Source of the DNA: Longimicrobiales bacterium
GTDB taxonomy: Bacteria; Gemmatimonadota; Gemmatimonadetes; Longimicrobiales; Gaopeijiaceae
Assembly (NCBI GenBank): GCA_965248195.1
Contig: CBDFIQ010000002.1
Location: 2,944,001-3,008,000 of the forward strand
Direction of reading: 5' to 3'
Length of the DNA stretch: 64,000 bases
Made by a program: the position numbers and the translations under genes. The notes under the pieces were generated by a model. It was not told where the DNA came from and made no database searches. It worked only from the letters and a program-made list of their open reading frames with translations. This document shows, in pieces, positions 42,443-51,860 of this stretch (position 1 is its first letter; each line of letters begins with the position of its first letter).

Positions 42443-43669
42443 ATGCACCAACGAGATTCGCAAGTCCTGTGCTGCGCGTCACTGGCCGCTGCGGCCATTC
42501 TTCTATTGAGCGGCTGTGGCTCCGGCTCCGCTCCGCCGCCGACGGTGCGGGCCGTCGAGATGGGTGACTACGAGGTCGTGCTCGACTGGCCCAAGCCACT
42601 ACCCGACGACGATCTCTCCCACGATGGCTGGACCTGGGGGTCCGGCGCGGGGGCGTTTCCCGAAAGTCCGGACAAGGTCTGGATCGCGCAGCGCGGCGAG
42701 ATCGAGCTGCCGCCGGGCGCCGAGCCCTGGGTCTGCGCCTGCCTGCTCGAGCCGCGCCGCACGAACACGGGCCGGCGCGCCTACTCGGACAACGAGTATT
42801 TCTACGATATGCGCCGGCATCACATCGTCTTCGCCGTCGACAGCGAAGGCTACGCGATCGAGGAATGGCTCCAACACGACGCGTATTTCACGCCGCCGTG
42901 CGGCTCAGGATTGGGTGAGATCGGCCGCGGGCCGCATAAGATCCTGCAGAGTCCCTACGATCCCGAGCGGCACATCTGGATCGTCGACGACGACCAGCAC
43001 GTCATTAGCATCTTCACGAACGACGGGGACCTCGTGAAGGTGATGGGCGAGCGCGGCGTGCCCGGACAAGGGCCGAACAACTTTAATCGACCGACGGACA
43101 TCGCCTGGCTGCCCGACGGGACCTTCTTCGTGGCCGACGGCTATGTCGGCACGCGCGTCGCGAAATTCGACCCGGACGGGAACTTCATCATGGATTGGGG
43201 CCGCTCACCGGTCGATCCGGCTGATCCGCAGCCCTACGAGTTCTGGTCCGTGCACAGCATCGGCATCAGCAACGACCGGCGCATCTTCGTCGTCGATCGC
43301 GAGCACAGCCGTATGCAGGTCTTCGACGAGAACGGCACCTTCCTGACGATGTGGCCGACCGGTCTGTACTCGCAGATCCTCGCGCATACCGTAACCCTCG
43401 ACGACTACATCTGGGTCGCGAACTGGACGACCGACCGGCTCGTCAAGTACGATCTCGAAGGCCGCTACATTCTCGACATCGGCGGCTCCGGCGCGCTGCC
43501 GGGCCAGTTCGACGGCGCGCATCAGATCGAGGTCGACGAGGAGGGCAACCTCTACGTTACCGAGGTCTCGAACGACCGCTCGCAGATGTTTCGCCCGAAC
43601 CCCGGTGCCGATCCGGCACGGCTAGTGCATCGCAGGGTCGGCCAGACTCCCGCGCGTTTCCCGCAGTAA
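42443..43669 (+). CDS. NHL-repeat beta-propeller lipoprotein
   Basis: FNRPTDIAW, FFVADGY, IFVVDRE; lipobox LSGC. Confidence 0.85.
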   Translation: MHQRDSQVLCCASLAAAAILLLSGCGSGSAPPPTVRAVEMGDYEVVLDWPKPLPDDDLSHDGWTWGSGAGAFPESPDKVWIAQRGEIELPPGAEPWVCACLLEPRRTNTGRRAYSDNEYFYDMRRHHIVFAVDSEGYAIEEWLQHDAYFTPPCGSGLGEIGRGPHKILQSPYDPERHIWIVDDDQHVISIFTNDGDLVKVMGERGVPGQGPNNFNRPTDIAWLPDGTFFVADGYVGTRVAKFDPDGNFIMDWGRSPVDPADPQPYEFWSVHSIGISNDRRIFVVDREHSRMQVFDENGTFLTMWPTGLYSQILAHTVTLDDYIWVANWTTDRLVKYDLEGRYILDIGGSGALPGQFDGAHQIEVDEEGNLYVTEVSNDRSQMFRPNPGADPARLVHRRVGQTPARFPQ

Positions 43670-43832
43670 GCGACCGCCGAGGGAGGGGGCCACCCGCACC
43701 CCAGTTGAACAGGGAACCCCCTCGCGAGGCGCACCCGAGGACTTCGAGGTGGGAGGTTGGCTGCTTCAAGCCGCTGAGGGCCGCTGAGTTGCGTGCCGTG
43801 CGCCTCAGTTCTTCCGACGTGAAGGGAGTTCT

Positions 43833-44113
43833 TGGGGCGTGTCGTGGGGCGTCACGCCCCACTTTCGACTCCTAACTCAGCGCAACCAAAAAGCCGGAAG
43901 CCCAGATACTTCCTGGACTCCCGGCCTAATGAGCCGGGTGGGTCTCGAACCCACGACCTACGGATTAAAAGTTCGATAGCAGCATATACGCAGAGTGCCC
44001 TTCAGGTAGCCTAAGTAGCTGCGAGTTAGGGTGTTAGGAGGTCGGTTGTTCTCCCGAGTGTTCTCTAGATTCGACCAGTTTCGGGGAGTTTGGGGTCTCG
44101 GTTAGGGTACCAA
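43833..44113 (-). repeat. att-junction repeat B: arm, tRNA-Lys 3' half (43930-43975), terminator and second arm
   Basis: Ungapped match to copies A and C; tggggcgtgtcgtggggcgt direct repeat beyond the terminator. Confidence 0.88.
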
Positions 44114-44244
44114 GACAGACAGAACCTGTGGTACAGCCAGACGCCGTAACTGATGATCTCCGGAGGGAAACAGTAGCCGCAGTAGCCATTCGTATGCGTT
44201 ATGATTCCGGAGTCTCGCCGGCACGAGCTCAAGTTGACAACGCC
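44114..44244 (-). mobile_element. IS6-family remnant (left end plus transposase N-terminus)
   Basis: End reads ggcgttgtcaacttga; encodes FPPEIISYGVWLYHRFCLS; cut off at repeat B. Confidence 0.75.
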
Positions 44245-44257
44245 TTTCGGCTGGATC

Positions 44258-45343
44258 CTACCTTCTGTCGTAGCGGACGAAGGCTCTCGGACCCACCTCG
44301 GCGCCGTAGACGACCGCCCCACCGTTGATCGCCGTGACGCCCTCGGCTGCGCTGCTGCCGCCCCGGGGGTCGGGATCCGGAATGAAAGAACTCACGACGC
44401 CGTCGCGAGCGCTGCCGATCCGGATTCCGCGCTCCCATCCGGCGTGAGCCAGGTCCATGCCATTGTCGTCGCCGTCCCTCGACTCGGAGTCCGCGACGAA
44501 CAGGTTGTCGTCGGCGTCGATGAAAATCCCGCTGGGGCGGCTGAACTGGTACCAGCAATCTAGATAGTTGCCGTCCTGGTCGTAGATCTGAATGCGGTTG
44601 TTATCGCGATCGCCAATGAACAGCCGGCCTTGTGAATCAATGTCTATCGCGTGGAGGCTCGAGAACTCACCCGCTCCGCATGGGCCGTTGCCCGGCTCGC
44701 CCCATTCTAAGATGAAGTTCCCGTCTCTGTCGAACTTCATGATGCGCTCGTTCGTGCCCTCGCCATGACCATCGGCCACGAAGATGTCGCCGTTGTTCCC
44801 TACGACGACGTCGGACGGGGAGCTGAACTGGTTGGGGCCGTTCCCGGACACTTTGAGCGTGCCGAGCTGCAGCAGGATCTCACCGCTCGGGCTGAGCTTC
44901 GTGACCTGCTGTCCAACGTCGCCCCCCGCACCGCGGCCGTCGGGCGGCAGCGGGTCGGTCACCCACACGTTGCCCTGCTGGTCCACGTGGATACCGTGCG
45001 GAAACGCAAACAAGTTGGCCCCCATACGGCCAATCAGATTCCCGTTTGCGTCGTAGTGCATGAGGGGATCGACGTCGGAGTCCACACAGCCATTGCTCCC
45101 GCATCGGTCGATAGCCCAGATGTCGACGCGGCCCTTGGCGGCGTCGGCTCCGGCCGTGGAACCCCAGGTGCGGCCGTCGGGCAGCGCCATGAGCTGCCTC
45201 TCCGAGAAGGGATTCGGCAGGTTGTTGGTCGGCGTCATGTTCGGGTTGCTGTAGTCGTTCTGCTCGGTCGCCGGCGCCGCGCAGACAGTCAATGCTACAA
45301 CCAGCAGCGGCAGCAGGGCCAAACTCATTCTTGAGTGCATCAT
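44258..45343 (-). CDS. NHL-repeat / PAL-like exported protein
   Basis: FPHGIHVD, PSDVVV, IFVADGH, LFIGDRDNNRIQ; paralog of 3028-4179. Confidence 0.85.
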   Translation of the reverse strand: MMHSRMSLALLPLLVVALTVCAAPATEQNDYSNPNMTPTNNLPNPFSERQLMALPDGRTWGSTAGADAAKGRVDIWAIDRCGSNGCVDSDVDPLMHYDANGNLIGRMGANLFAFPHGIHVDQQGNVWVTDPLPPDGRGAGGDVGQQVTKLSPSGEILLQLGTLKVSGNGPNQFSSPSDVVVGNNGDIFVADGHGEGTNERIMKFDRDGNFILEWGEPGNGPCGAGEFSSLHAIDIDSQGRLFIGDRDNNRIQIYDQDGNYLDCWYQFSRPSGIFIDADDNLFVADSESRDGDDNGMDLAHAGWERGIRIGSARDGVVSSFIPDPDPRGGSSAAEGVTAINGGAVVYGAEVGPRAFVRYDRR

Positions 45344-45354
45344 AGAAACCTCGC

Positions 45355-46887
45355 TTACCTGTTCATGTTATAGAGACCTACTTCGCCGCTGCCCGTGCCG
45401 CTGCAGCTCGTCGATCCATACCTCAGAAACTTTTGCACCCGCTGCCCAGTGTCCACTTCGCCGGTGTAGATATTGCCCTGCGAGTCTACGGACAGGGCAT
45501 GGAGCCAGTGGAACTCACCCGCCTGACGGCCGGCCCGTCCAATCCGGTCGAGCTCGGTCCGGTTCTCGCGGTTGATGACGTAGAGCGTGCCGTTAGCGAG
45601 GTCCCCGACGTAGATGCAGCTCTCACCAGGATCGGTGGAGAGCGCCGCAGTGCCAGCCGTCCCGCTGGCCGTGTGCGGGGCTATATGGATCTCATCTACG
45701 AAGCCGCACGCATCGGGCTGAGCGTTCGGATTCGCGCATGGCTTGCCTAACTCCGCCGCTCCCAAATCGAAAATTTGGACGCGGTTGTTACCGCGGTCAC
45801 AGGCGTACAAGAATCCGTCTTGACTCGCGATGGCACAGTGCAGCGGACTGCGGAAGAACAAGGGCGTCATGTTGCCGGCCTGGTAGTCGGCTATCCACGG
45901 GCCGACGTCGGTATCTGCCACTACCGAACTCGGATCGTCCACGACCGGGTTCTGCCCGTACGCACCGAAATGTCCGATGTACTGTCCCGTCTCGGCGTCC
46001 ACGATCAGGATGCGCCGATTCCCGTACCCGTCCGCGACGTAGAGGCGGTTCGTGCTGGCGTCGACGGACATGTCCGCTACCAGATACGGCTGCGGTGTCC
46101 CATTGGGCCCGCCGTCAATGTTCTCGCTGTCCGGTCCTTCCATTCCGGCGGTTCCGATTTGATAGATGAACTCTCCGTCCGCCGTGAACTTCACTATGTG
46201 CGAATCGTCCCCGAAGGGTGCCGCCCACGGATAGGTCGCCAAGCCCTGTTGCTGACGGGCTCCACCGTCCTGCCCGTTCCCCGACACATATACGAAATCA
46301 TTGTGGTCCACGAAGATTCCATGCTCACGTGCCGGCCAGGAACACCCGTCCGCCTCGCGACAGTTCTCCTCGAGGAAGCCCGGATCGGCGGGCCCGCCCC
46401 AGGCGTCGAGTAGGTTCCCTTCGATGTCGAACTTGAGCACCGACGGCGCCGGTACACAGCACCCCGTGTTCCGCTCGGCGTATGGCCTTGAATGTCCGAC
46501 AGCGCTGATCGGGACACCCCGCTCATTCGTCGCAACTCTCGGCATGGCCCCGGCAGAGCTCGCATTCAGCGTCCGCGGCCGATGATACACCCAGATATTG
46601 TCGTTCGAGTCCACGGAAATTCCGCCGACCTGGCCGATCCGCCAATCGTTGGGCAGCGGCTTTGGCCAGCTTGGGTCGACCACGAAGCTCGGCGCCGAAG
46701 CGCCGTCGGGAGCCCGGGACGCCCATCGACTCTCGCCGAGGTTTTCGACCACTCCGGCTTCGCGAAGCGCGGCCGCGGCTGCGCCTTCTTCCGCCGGCGG
46801 TCCGTCTTGCTCCGGACTCATGCAGGCGGCGCTGCCAAAAGCAGTCCCGAGCAGAACAACAAGGGCGACCAAATGAGTCTTCGACAT
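45355..46887 (-). CDS. NHL-repeat beta-propeller lipoprotein
   Basis: WPKPLPN, HGIFVD, LYVADGYGNRR, CDRGNNRVQ, GNIYTGEV. Confidence 0.85.
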   Translation of the reverse strand: MSKTHLVALVVLLGTAFGSAACMSPEQDGPPAEEGAAAAALREAGVVENLGESRWASRAPDGASAPSFVVDPSWPKPLPNDWRIGQVGGISVDSNDNIWVYHRPRTLNASSAGAMPRVATNERGVPISAVGHSRPYAERNTGCCVPAPSVLKFDIEGNLLDAWGGPADPGFLEENCREADGCSWPAREHGIFVDHNDFVYVSGNGQDGGARQQQGLATYPWAAPFGDDSHIVKFTADGEFIYQIGTAGMEGPDSENIDGGPNGTPQPYLVADMSVDASTNRLYVADGYGNRRILIVDAETGQYIGHFGAYGQNPVVDDPSSVVADTDVGPWIADYQAGNMTPLFFRSPLHCAIASQDGFLYACDRGNNRVQIFDLGAAELGKPCANPNAQPDACGFVDEIHIAPHTASGTAGTAALSTDPGESCIYVGDLANGTLYVINRENRTELDRIGRAGRQAGEFHWLHALSVDSQGNIYTGEVDTGQRVQKFLRYGSTSCSGTGSGEVGLYNMNR

Positions 46888-46968
46888 GACACGCCTCTTC
46901 CTACCTACTAAGGTTGCGACAGGATCTCGCTATGTATGTAGCTCGCAACATCGTGCAACTCCTCGAGG

Positions 46969-46984
46969 GGCATTGTCAACTTGA
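46969..46984 (+). mobile_element. Second IS6-like terminal inverted repeat
   Basis: ggcattgtcaacttga matches the reverse complement of 44229-44244 at 15 of 16. Confidence 0.55.
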
Positions 46985-47243
46985 TGTGGCCGGAGTGAAG
47001 CTCAAGTAGGGGATTGATTATCGAGTACGACGAAGGGGACGAGGTGGCGATCCTGTCGCCGTTAGGCATCGCAGAGGTTGAGGAACACATTCTTCCTTCC
47101 TTGATCGCGTGACGTGTGGGTGTCTGGGTTGTCGTCCAACGTCGCGCTCCCGCTCGCGCCCTTATAGAGCGAGCGCTCGACGCGTTCAGATACTCCGACT
47201 TCCCCTCCCATCCGCTGAGTCCCCACCACGCAACCTGAGTTTT

Positions 47244-47523
47244 TGGGGTACCACTTGGGGTCCCATAGGCCCATTTTCGGCCCTGACTCGCGGACACCAA
47301 AAAGCCGGAAGCCCGCCTACCTAAGGGCTTCCGGCCCAGTGAGCCGGGTGGGTCTCGAACCCACGACCTACGGATTAAAAGTCCGATAGCAGCATATACG
47401 CAGAGTGCCCACGAGGTAGCCTAAGTTGTGTCAAGTTAGGGTGTTAGGGGGTCAGTTGTTCTCTCTAGGGGTCCTGAGATACGACCAGTTTCGGGGAGTT
47501 TGGGGTCCCGGTTGGGGTCCCAA
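47244..47523 (-). repeat. att-junction repeat C: arm, tRNA-Lys 3' half (47340-47385), terminator and second arm
   Basis: Perfect hairpin gccggaagccc/gggcttccggc with T-tail on the minus strand; tggggtaccacttggggtccc and tggggtcccggttggggtccc on either side. Confidence 0.9.
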
Positions 47524-47634
47524 AACTGTCTGAAACCATCAGTGTCGTTCTACTCGACGGTATCAGGCCTATACCGACTCACCCATCGCCGCCCATCCAC
47601 ACATCCAGTTGTCCCATTCGAGCATTTGCTAAAT

Positions 47635-47740
47635 GCCTGGCCGCCCGCCTCACCCTCCAACCCTGGCGGCCGGCCGCAAATTGACGGGTTTGGACCTCGC
47701 ACTCACGTTGTCCCAACCCGCCAAAGGGCTTTTGCTTTTC
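47635..47740 (+). mobile_element. IS91-like oriIS end with promoter
   Basis: Near-identical to 9943-10054; TTGACG 47681, CACGTT 47704; ends ttttc|CTTC. Confidence 0.65.
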
Positions 47741-47742
47741 CT

Positions 47743-48193
47743 TCTATGGGGAGTCGGGCCCTGGCCGCGGCGCTCACCGAAATCGGCCGAGACATCTCGG
47801 AGCCGCTCTTCGGCGAAGTGATCTTCGCCGCACCCGACATCGATGCGCGGGAGTTTCGCAGTATCGTCGCCCCGGCGATCGTCGGGACGGCCGAGCGCAT
47901 CACGCTGTACGCGTCCTCGAAGGACCGGGCGCTGCGTGTGTCACAGGCCCTCCACGACTATCCACGGGCCGGGGACTCCGGCGAGGGGCTCAACCGTCCT
48001 CGAAGGAATCGAGACGAGCGACGCGTCGGTCATCGACACGAGCTTGCTCGGGCACTCCTACTTCGCGGATGCGACCTAGCTGGTCAGAGATCTGTTGTCG
48101 GTCATCCTCGAAGCCCTTCCGCCCTCCGATCGTTCTCTGGAGGCCGATGTCAAAGCGGGTATGACGTACTGGCGATTCGGAGTGAGTGGGTAG
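47743..48193 (+). pseudogene. 5'-truncated, frameshifted alpha/beta hydrolase (DUF900-like)
   Basis: SMGSR, FAAPDID, TLYASSKDRAL, and GHSYF in another frame; internal stop. Confidence 0.75.
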
Positions 48194-48390
48194 AGTCCGC
48201 TCGAGGCACTGTCGGATCAGCTCGAGCACACGGTCGGCTGACGACCAATTTCTTGTTGCATCTGCGCTCCCCCTCTTCTATTATGGCCTGTCGTACCCTG
48301 GCGCGGCTGTGACCCCCCCCCACTGAGATTTCCGCGTTCCAGGACCTGCGCTCCATGCAAGACGGCCTCAGGACGACGGATCTACAGCCT

Positions 48391-49914
48391 ATGGCGTTCA
48401 TCGACGGTTTCGGACACGACGTCTTCATCAGCTACGCCCATGTCGACGCCCCCGACCCGTACCATCCCGAGAGCTGGATGGACCGGTTTGACGCGGCGTT
48501 GCAGATCCAGCTAGAACAAAGACTCAACAAGCTGGCGTTTTCGATGTGGCGGGACGACCGTCGGCTGATGCCGAACTTCGAATTCGACGAGGAAATCGCC
48601 CAGAGCATCGACAGCAGCGCCGTCTTGCTGGTACTGCTCTCGCCCGGGTACGTCGATTCGCCCTATTGCCGGATGGAACTCGAGCGCTTCGTGAAGACGG
48701 CGAAGGCGTCCTCCCTCGGGCTCAAGGTCGATAGCGGTTCGCGAATTTTCTTGGTCAAGCTCGATGAGTTGCGACCGGACCAAGCTCAACCGCCCGTGCT
48801 CCAGACCATGGACGGAGTCCAACTCTTCGAGAGGGACAAGAAGAATCTACCACGGAGGTTGCGTGACGGTGACCTCTACCAAGAAGCTGTCGATAGGCTC
48901 GCGGTCCAACTCGCGACCTTTCTGATGCAGATGAAGCAAGCGACGCCGACTCGGAAAGTTTCGACTCGGCCGGTAGCCGGCCTGACGCCGGGCTCCGGGG
49001 GTCCGACGACGGTCTTCCTCGGACATGCGACGTCCGATCTCGAGGAGCAGCGCGAACAACTTGCGGAGACGCTGACGCAGTATGGGGTCACTGTACTGCC
49101 GGATATCGACCCCGCTGGCTTGGATCTGGACTCGCTGACGGACGCGATCGCGAAGCACTGTTCGGCTGCGACGATCTCATTCCACCTTACGGGCAGGAGA
49201 CACGGCGAGCCCCTCTACGGAGACGAGCTCAACCCGACGCTGCCGGTCCTGGACTATGAGGTTGCTGTCGACACGGCCGACTCCCGCAGAAAGAGTCAGG
49301 CCGAGCTGGGGGAATTGGACTCCAACGCGCCTGCCTCCGTGATTGTGTGGACGCCGGGCGAAGTAATCGCCAGCCTGGGGGAAGTGGACGATGCACAGAA
49401 GCAGTTCCTCAGGGAGATCAAGAGACAGAAGAGCGCGAGCGTCGAGTGGTTGCAGCAAGGCATGGAAAACCTAATCGACATCTCGTTCAAGCGGCTCGGC
49501 GTCGAGCGCGAGCAGCCCACAACGGATGCGGTCTCCGACAGCGCCTATGTGCTGGTTTCGTGCAAGCCCGAGGCCAAGCACCATAACGACTTTCGGAAGA
49601 TCCTGGATTACCTGCTCGACCATGGGGTGGACTACGAGTTCGACATCAACAGCGACGTGTCCTTCCAGGAGCATGCTTCACTCTACGATGGCTTATTGAT
49701 CCTCTACCTCGAGTCCGGCGAAACCTGGGTGAAGGCCCGAGCGCGGGAGGCCTCCCAGTGTATCCGGCGACGCAAGGGCCTGGTCGCCGGCATTTACGAC
49801 GGTCCCCCACCCGAGAAACCCGAGTTCGGCTTTGAATCGAGCACGGTCCCGGTCTACGTCGGGCGCGACGGCTTCGATGGCCATGTGCTCGACAATTTCC
49901 TGGAAAGGTTCTAG
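48391..49914 (+). CDS. TIR-domain protein with additional TIR/DUF4062-like modules
   Basis: HDVFISYAHVD, WRD, LLSPGYVDSPYCRMEL; later VFLGHATSDLEEQREQL. Confidence 0.85.
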   Translation: MAFIDGFGHDVFISYAHVDAPDPYHPESWMDRFDAALQIQLEQRLNKLAFSMWRDDRRLMPNFEFDEEIAQSIDSSAVLLVLLSPGYVDSPYCRMELERFVKTAKASSLGLKVDSGSRIFLVKLDELRPDQAQPPVLQTMDGVQLFERDKKNLPRRLRDGDLYQEAVDRLAVQLATFLMQMKQATPTRKVSTRPVAGLTPGSGGPTTVFLGHATSDLEEQREQLAETLTQYGVTVLPDIDPAGLDLDSLTDAIAKHCSAATISFHLTGRRHGEPLYGDELNPTLPVLDYEVAVDTADSRRKSQAELGELDSNAPASVIVWTPGEVIASLGEVDDAQKQFLREIKRQKSASVEWLQQGMENLIDISFKRLGVEREQPTTDAVSDSAYVLVSCKPEAKHHNDFRKILDYLLDHGVDYEFDINSDVSFQEHASLYDGLLILYLESGETWVKARAREASQCIRRRKGLVAGIYDGPPPEKPEFGFESSTVPVYVGRDGFDGHVLDNFLERF

Positions 49915-49925
49915 GGGACACCGTC

Positions 49926-50648
49926 GTGACGGATGGCGACGCACTCCAGGAAGCGGCAGATCGGCGCTTGAACCCCTTCCCGGGGATTCGGCCGTACCAG
50001 CCCGACGAGTCCCACCTCTTCTTCGGTCGCGACGAGCACGTACACGAACTCCTACGCACGATGCGGCGCAATCGTTTTGTCGCGGTGCTCGGGAATTCGG
50101 GTACGGGAAAATCGTCTATTGTCCGAGCCGGGGTGCTTCCACCGCTCGAGTCGGGCTTCATGGTGCCCGAGGCGGGGCTTTGGCGCATGGCGATCATGCA
50201 GCCGGGGAGGTCGGACCCGATCCGGGCGTTGGCGGATGCCATCAGCAGCGACAAGAAGCGCGGCTGGGGGCTCGGGAAGTCCCGCGACGAGGTGCTTCGA
50301 GAATTGAGGCGCGGGGGTCTCGGCCTCATCAATGTCGCTCAGCAAGCGCCTGTCAGACCGGGGAGCCGGTTTCTCATACTCGTCGATCAATTCGAAGAAC
50401 TCTTCGGGTTCATGGACGCACCCGGAGACTTCAGAGGAAGCGACGAAGCCCGTGCGTTTATCCGGCTGTTGATCGAGGCCACGACGAACTCGAGCCTGCC
50501 GATCTACGTCGTGATGACGATGCGCTCGGAGTTTCTGGGCCACTGTGCGGCCCTGCCGGGCCTTACGGAGATTATCAACCGTAGCCTCTATCTCGTTCCG
50601 GAGCTGACTCGGGACCAGCTTCGACAAGTCATCGAGGGCCCGGTACAC
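49926..50648 (+). pseudogene. STAND NTPase (nSTAND1-like) truncated by an IS3
   Basis: NPFPGIRPY, LFFGRD, GNSGTGKSS, LVDQFEELF, TMRSEF. Confidence 0.85.
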
Positions 50649-50706
50649 TGGAGTGAACCCCTGAGGGTGGACAACGAGAGTTGGTTGGATTGACCAGTCA
50701 GTGGCT

Positions 50707-51501
50707 TCAAGCTGCATGAATGCTCTCGAATTCCTCAGGTGGCATGTAACCGAGCGAGGAGTGCAAGCGTCTTCGATTGTACACCTCCTCAAGGAAGTGG
50801 GGGAGTCGGTTGGCTACGTCATCAATTGTGCTGTAGTCGTTTGCCAAGATCTCCTCGTGCTTCAGGGTTTTGAAAAAGCTCTCAACATGGGCGTTGTCGT
50901 ACGGGTTGCCCCGCCGGGACATCGATCCTCGGACACCGTGTTCGGCGAGACGTGAACGGTACAATTGGGATGCATACTGGACGCCGCGATCGGAGTGGTG
51001 GATGAGGCCAGACCGCGGCTGCCGAAGTTCGAGTGCGGCATCGAGTGCGGCCAGGCAAAGACGCACGTCCAGGAGATGGCTGATGGCGTAGCCAATGACA
51101 CGCCGCGACCACACGTCGAGCACGACGGCTAGGAAAACAAAGCCGGTCGTGAGCCGGATGTACGTCAGATCGGCCACCCAGAGCTCGTCAGGCCCCTCGG
51201 GCGTGATCGACGACCTCAGGTTCGGGTAGATGCGCTGCTTGTGATTGCTGTTCGTCGTAGCAAGCCATGCGCGTACGCGGTGGGGCGTAAGCGCGTGTTC
51301 ACGCATAATCCTAGAGACTCGCTTGTGATTGACCACCAGGCCGCGTCTCCCGAGTTCGTGCGTGACCCGGCGATATCCGTAGGCGGGGAACTCGGCGAGA
51401 ATGTCTTCGATCCGCACGCGCAGGTCCCCGTCCGCTCTCTCCCGAGCGGTCTCGCAGGCCGCATCCGGTCGCTTGTAGAAGGTACTCCTCGGGATGTTCA
51501 T
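50707..51501 (-). CDS. IS3 transposase OrfB
   Basis: YGYRR, WVADLTY, HHSDRGVQY, NPYDNAHVESFFKTLKHE. Confidence 0.93.
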   Translation of the reverse strand: MNIPRSTFYKRPDAACETARERADGDLRVRIEDILAEFPAYGYRRVTHELGRRGLVVNHKRVSRIMREHALTPHRVRAWLATTNSNHKQRIYPNLRSSITPEGPDELWVADLTYIRLTTGFVFLAVVLDVWSRRVIGYAISHLLDVRLCLAALDAALELRQPRSGLIHHSDRGVQYASQLYRSRLAEHGVRGSMSRRGNPYDNAHVESFFKTLKHEEILANDYSTIDDVANRLPHFLEEVYNRRRLHSSLGYMPPEEFESIHAA

Positions 51502-51860
51502 GAGGCTGCATCCCCGTCGGACAGGGACACCCCTGGCCCGGAGATGATCGACGGCCGCGCGCTTTTCTGTGACGGCTGTATCAGAGCCCTTTTTTTCATG
51601 GCGTCGAGTTCCATCGTCAACTGACCAATCTTGCGCTCGAGTGCCGCGATCTTGGCCTGGTCCTCGACAACTTGCTCCTGCAGGTGGATCTCCTCCGTAA
51701 GTTCGCCTTCCCCGTACTTCTTGACCCAGATCATGAGTAGGGAGTGAGGTACACTGTGTCGAGTAGCGATCGCCCTCGCACTGCCTTCTCCATCCAAGTA
51801 CGCCTGGACCAGCTGGATCTTGAACTCCGTGCTGTACCTCGTGTGTCGTCGAACCGTCAT
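51498..51860 (-). CDS. IS3 transposase OrfA
   Basis: YSTEFKIQLV, LERKIGQLTMELD. Confidence 0.88.
   Translation of the reverse strand: MTVRRHTRYSTEFKIQLVQAYLDGEGSARAIATRHSVPHSLLMIWVKKYGEGELTEEIHLQEQVVEDQAKIAALERKIGQLTMELDAMKKRALIQPSQKSARPSIISGPGVSLSDGDAAS

Noticed and set aside
41380..47385. Three complete tRNA-Lys genes
   Set aside because: Only the anticodon arm, T arm and 3' acceptor strand are present; upstream sequence has no D arm or 5' acceptor strand.
41345..47523. CRISPR array or classical integron
   Set aside because: The repeats are about 200 bp with kb-scale spacers; I recognised no cas or intI gene and no attC structure.
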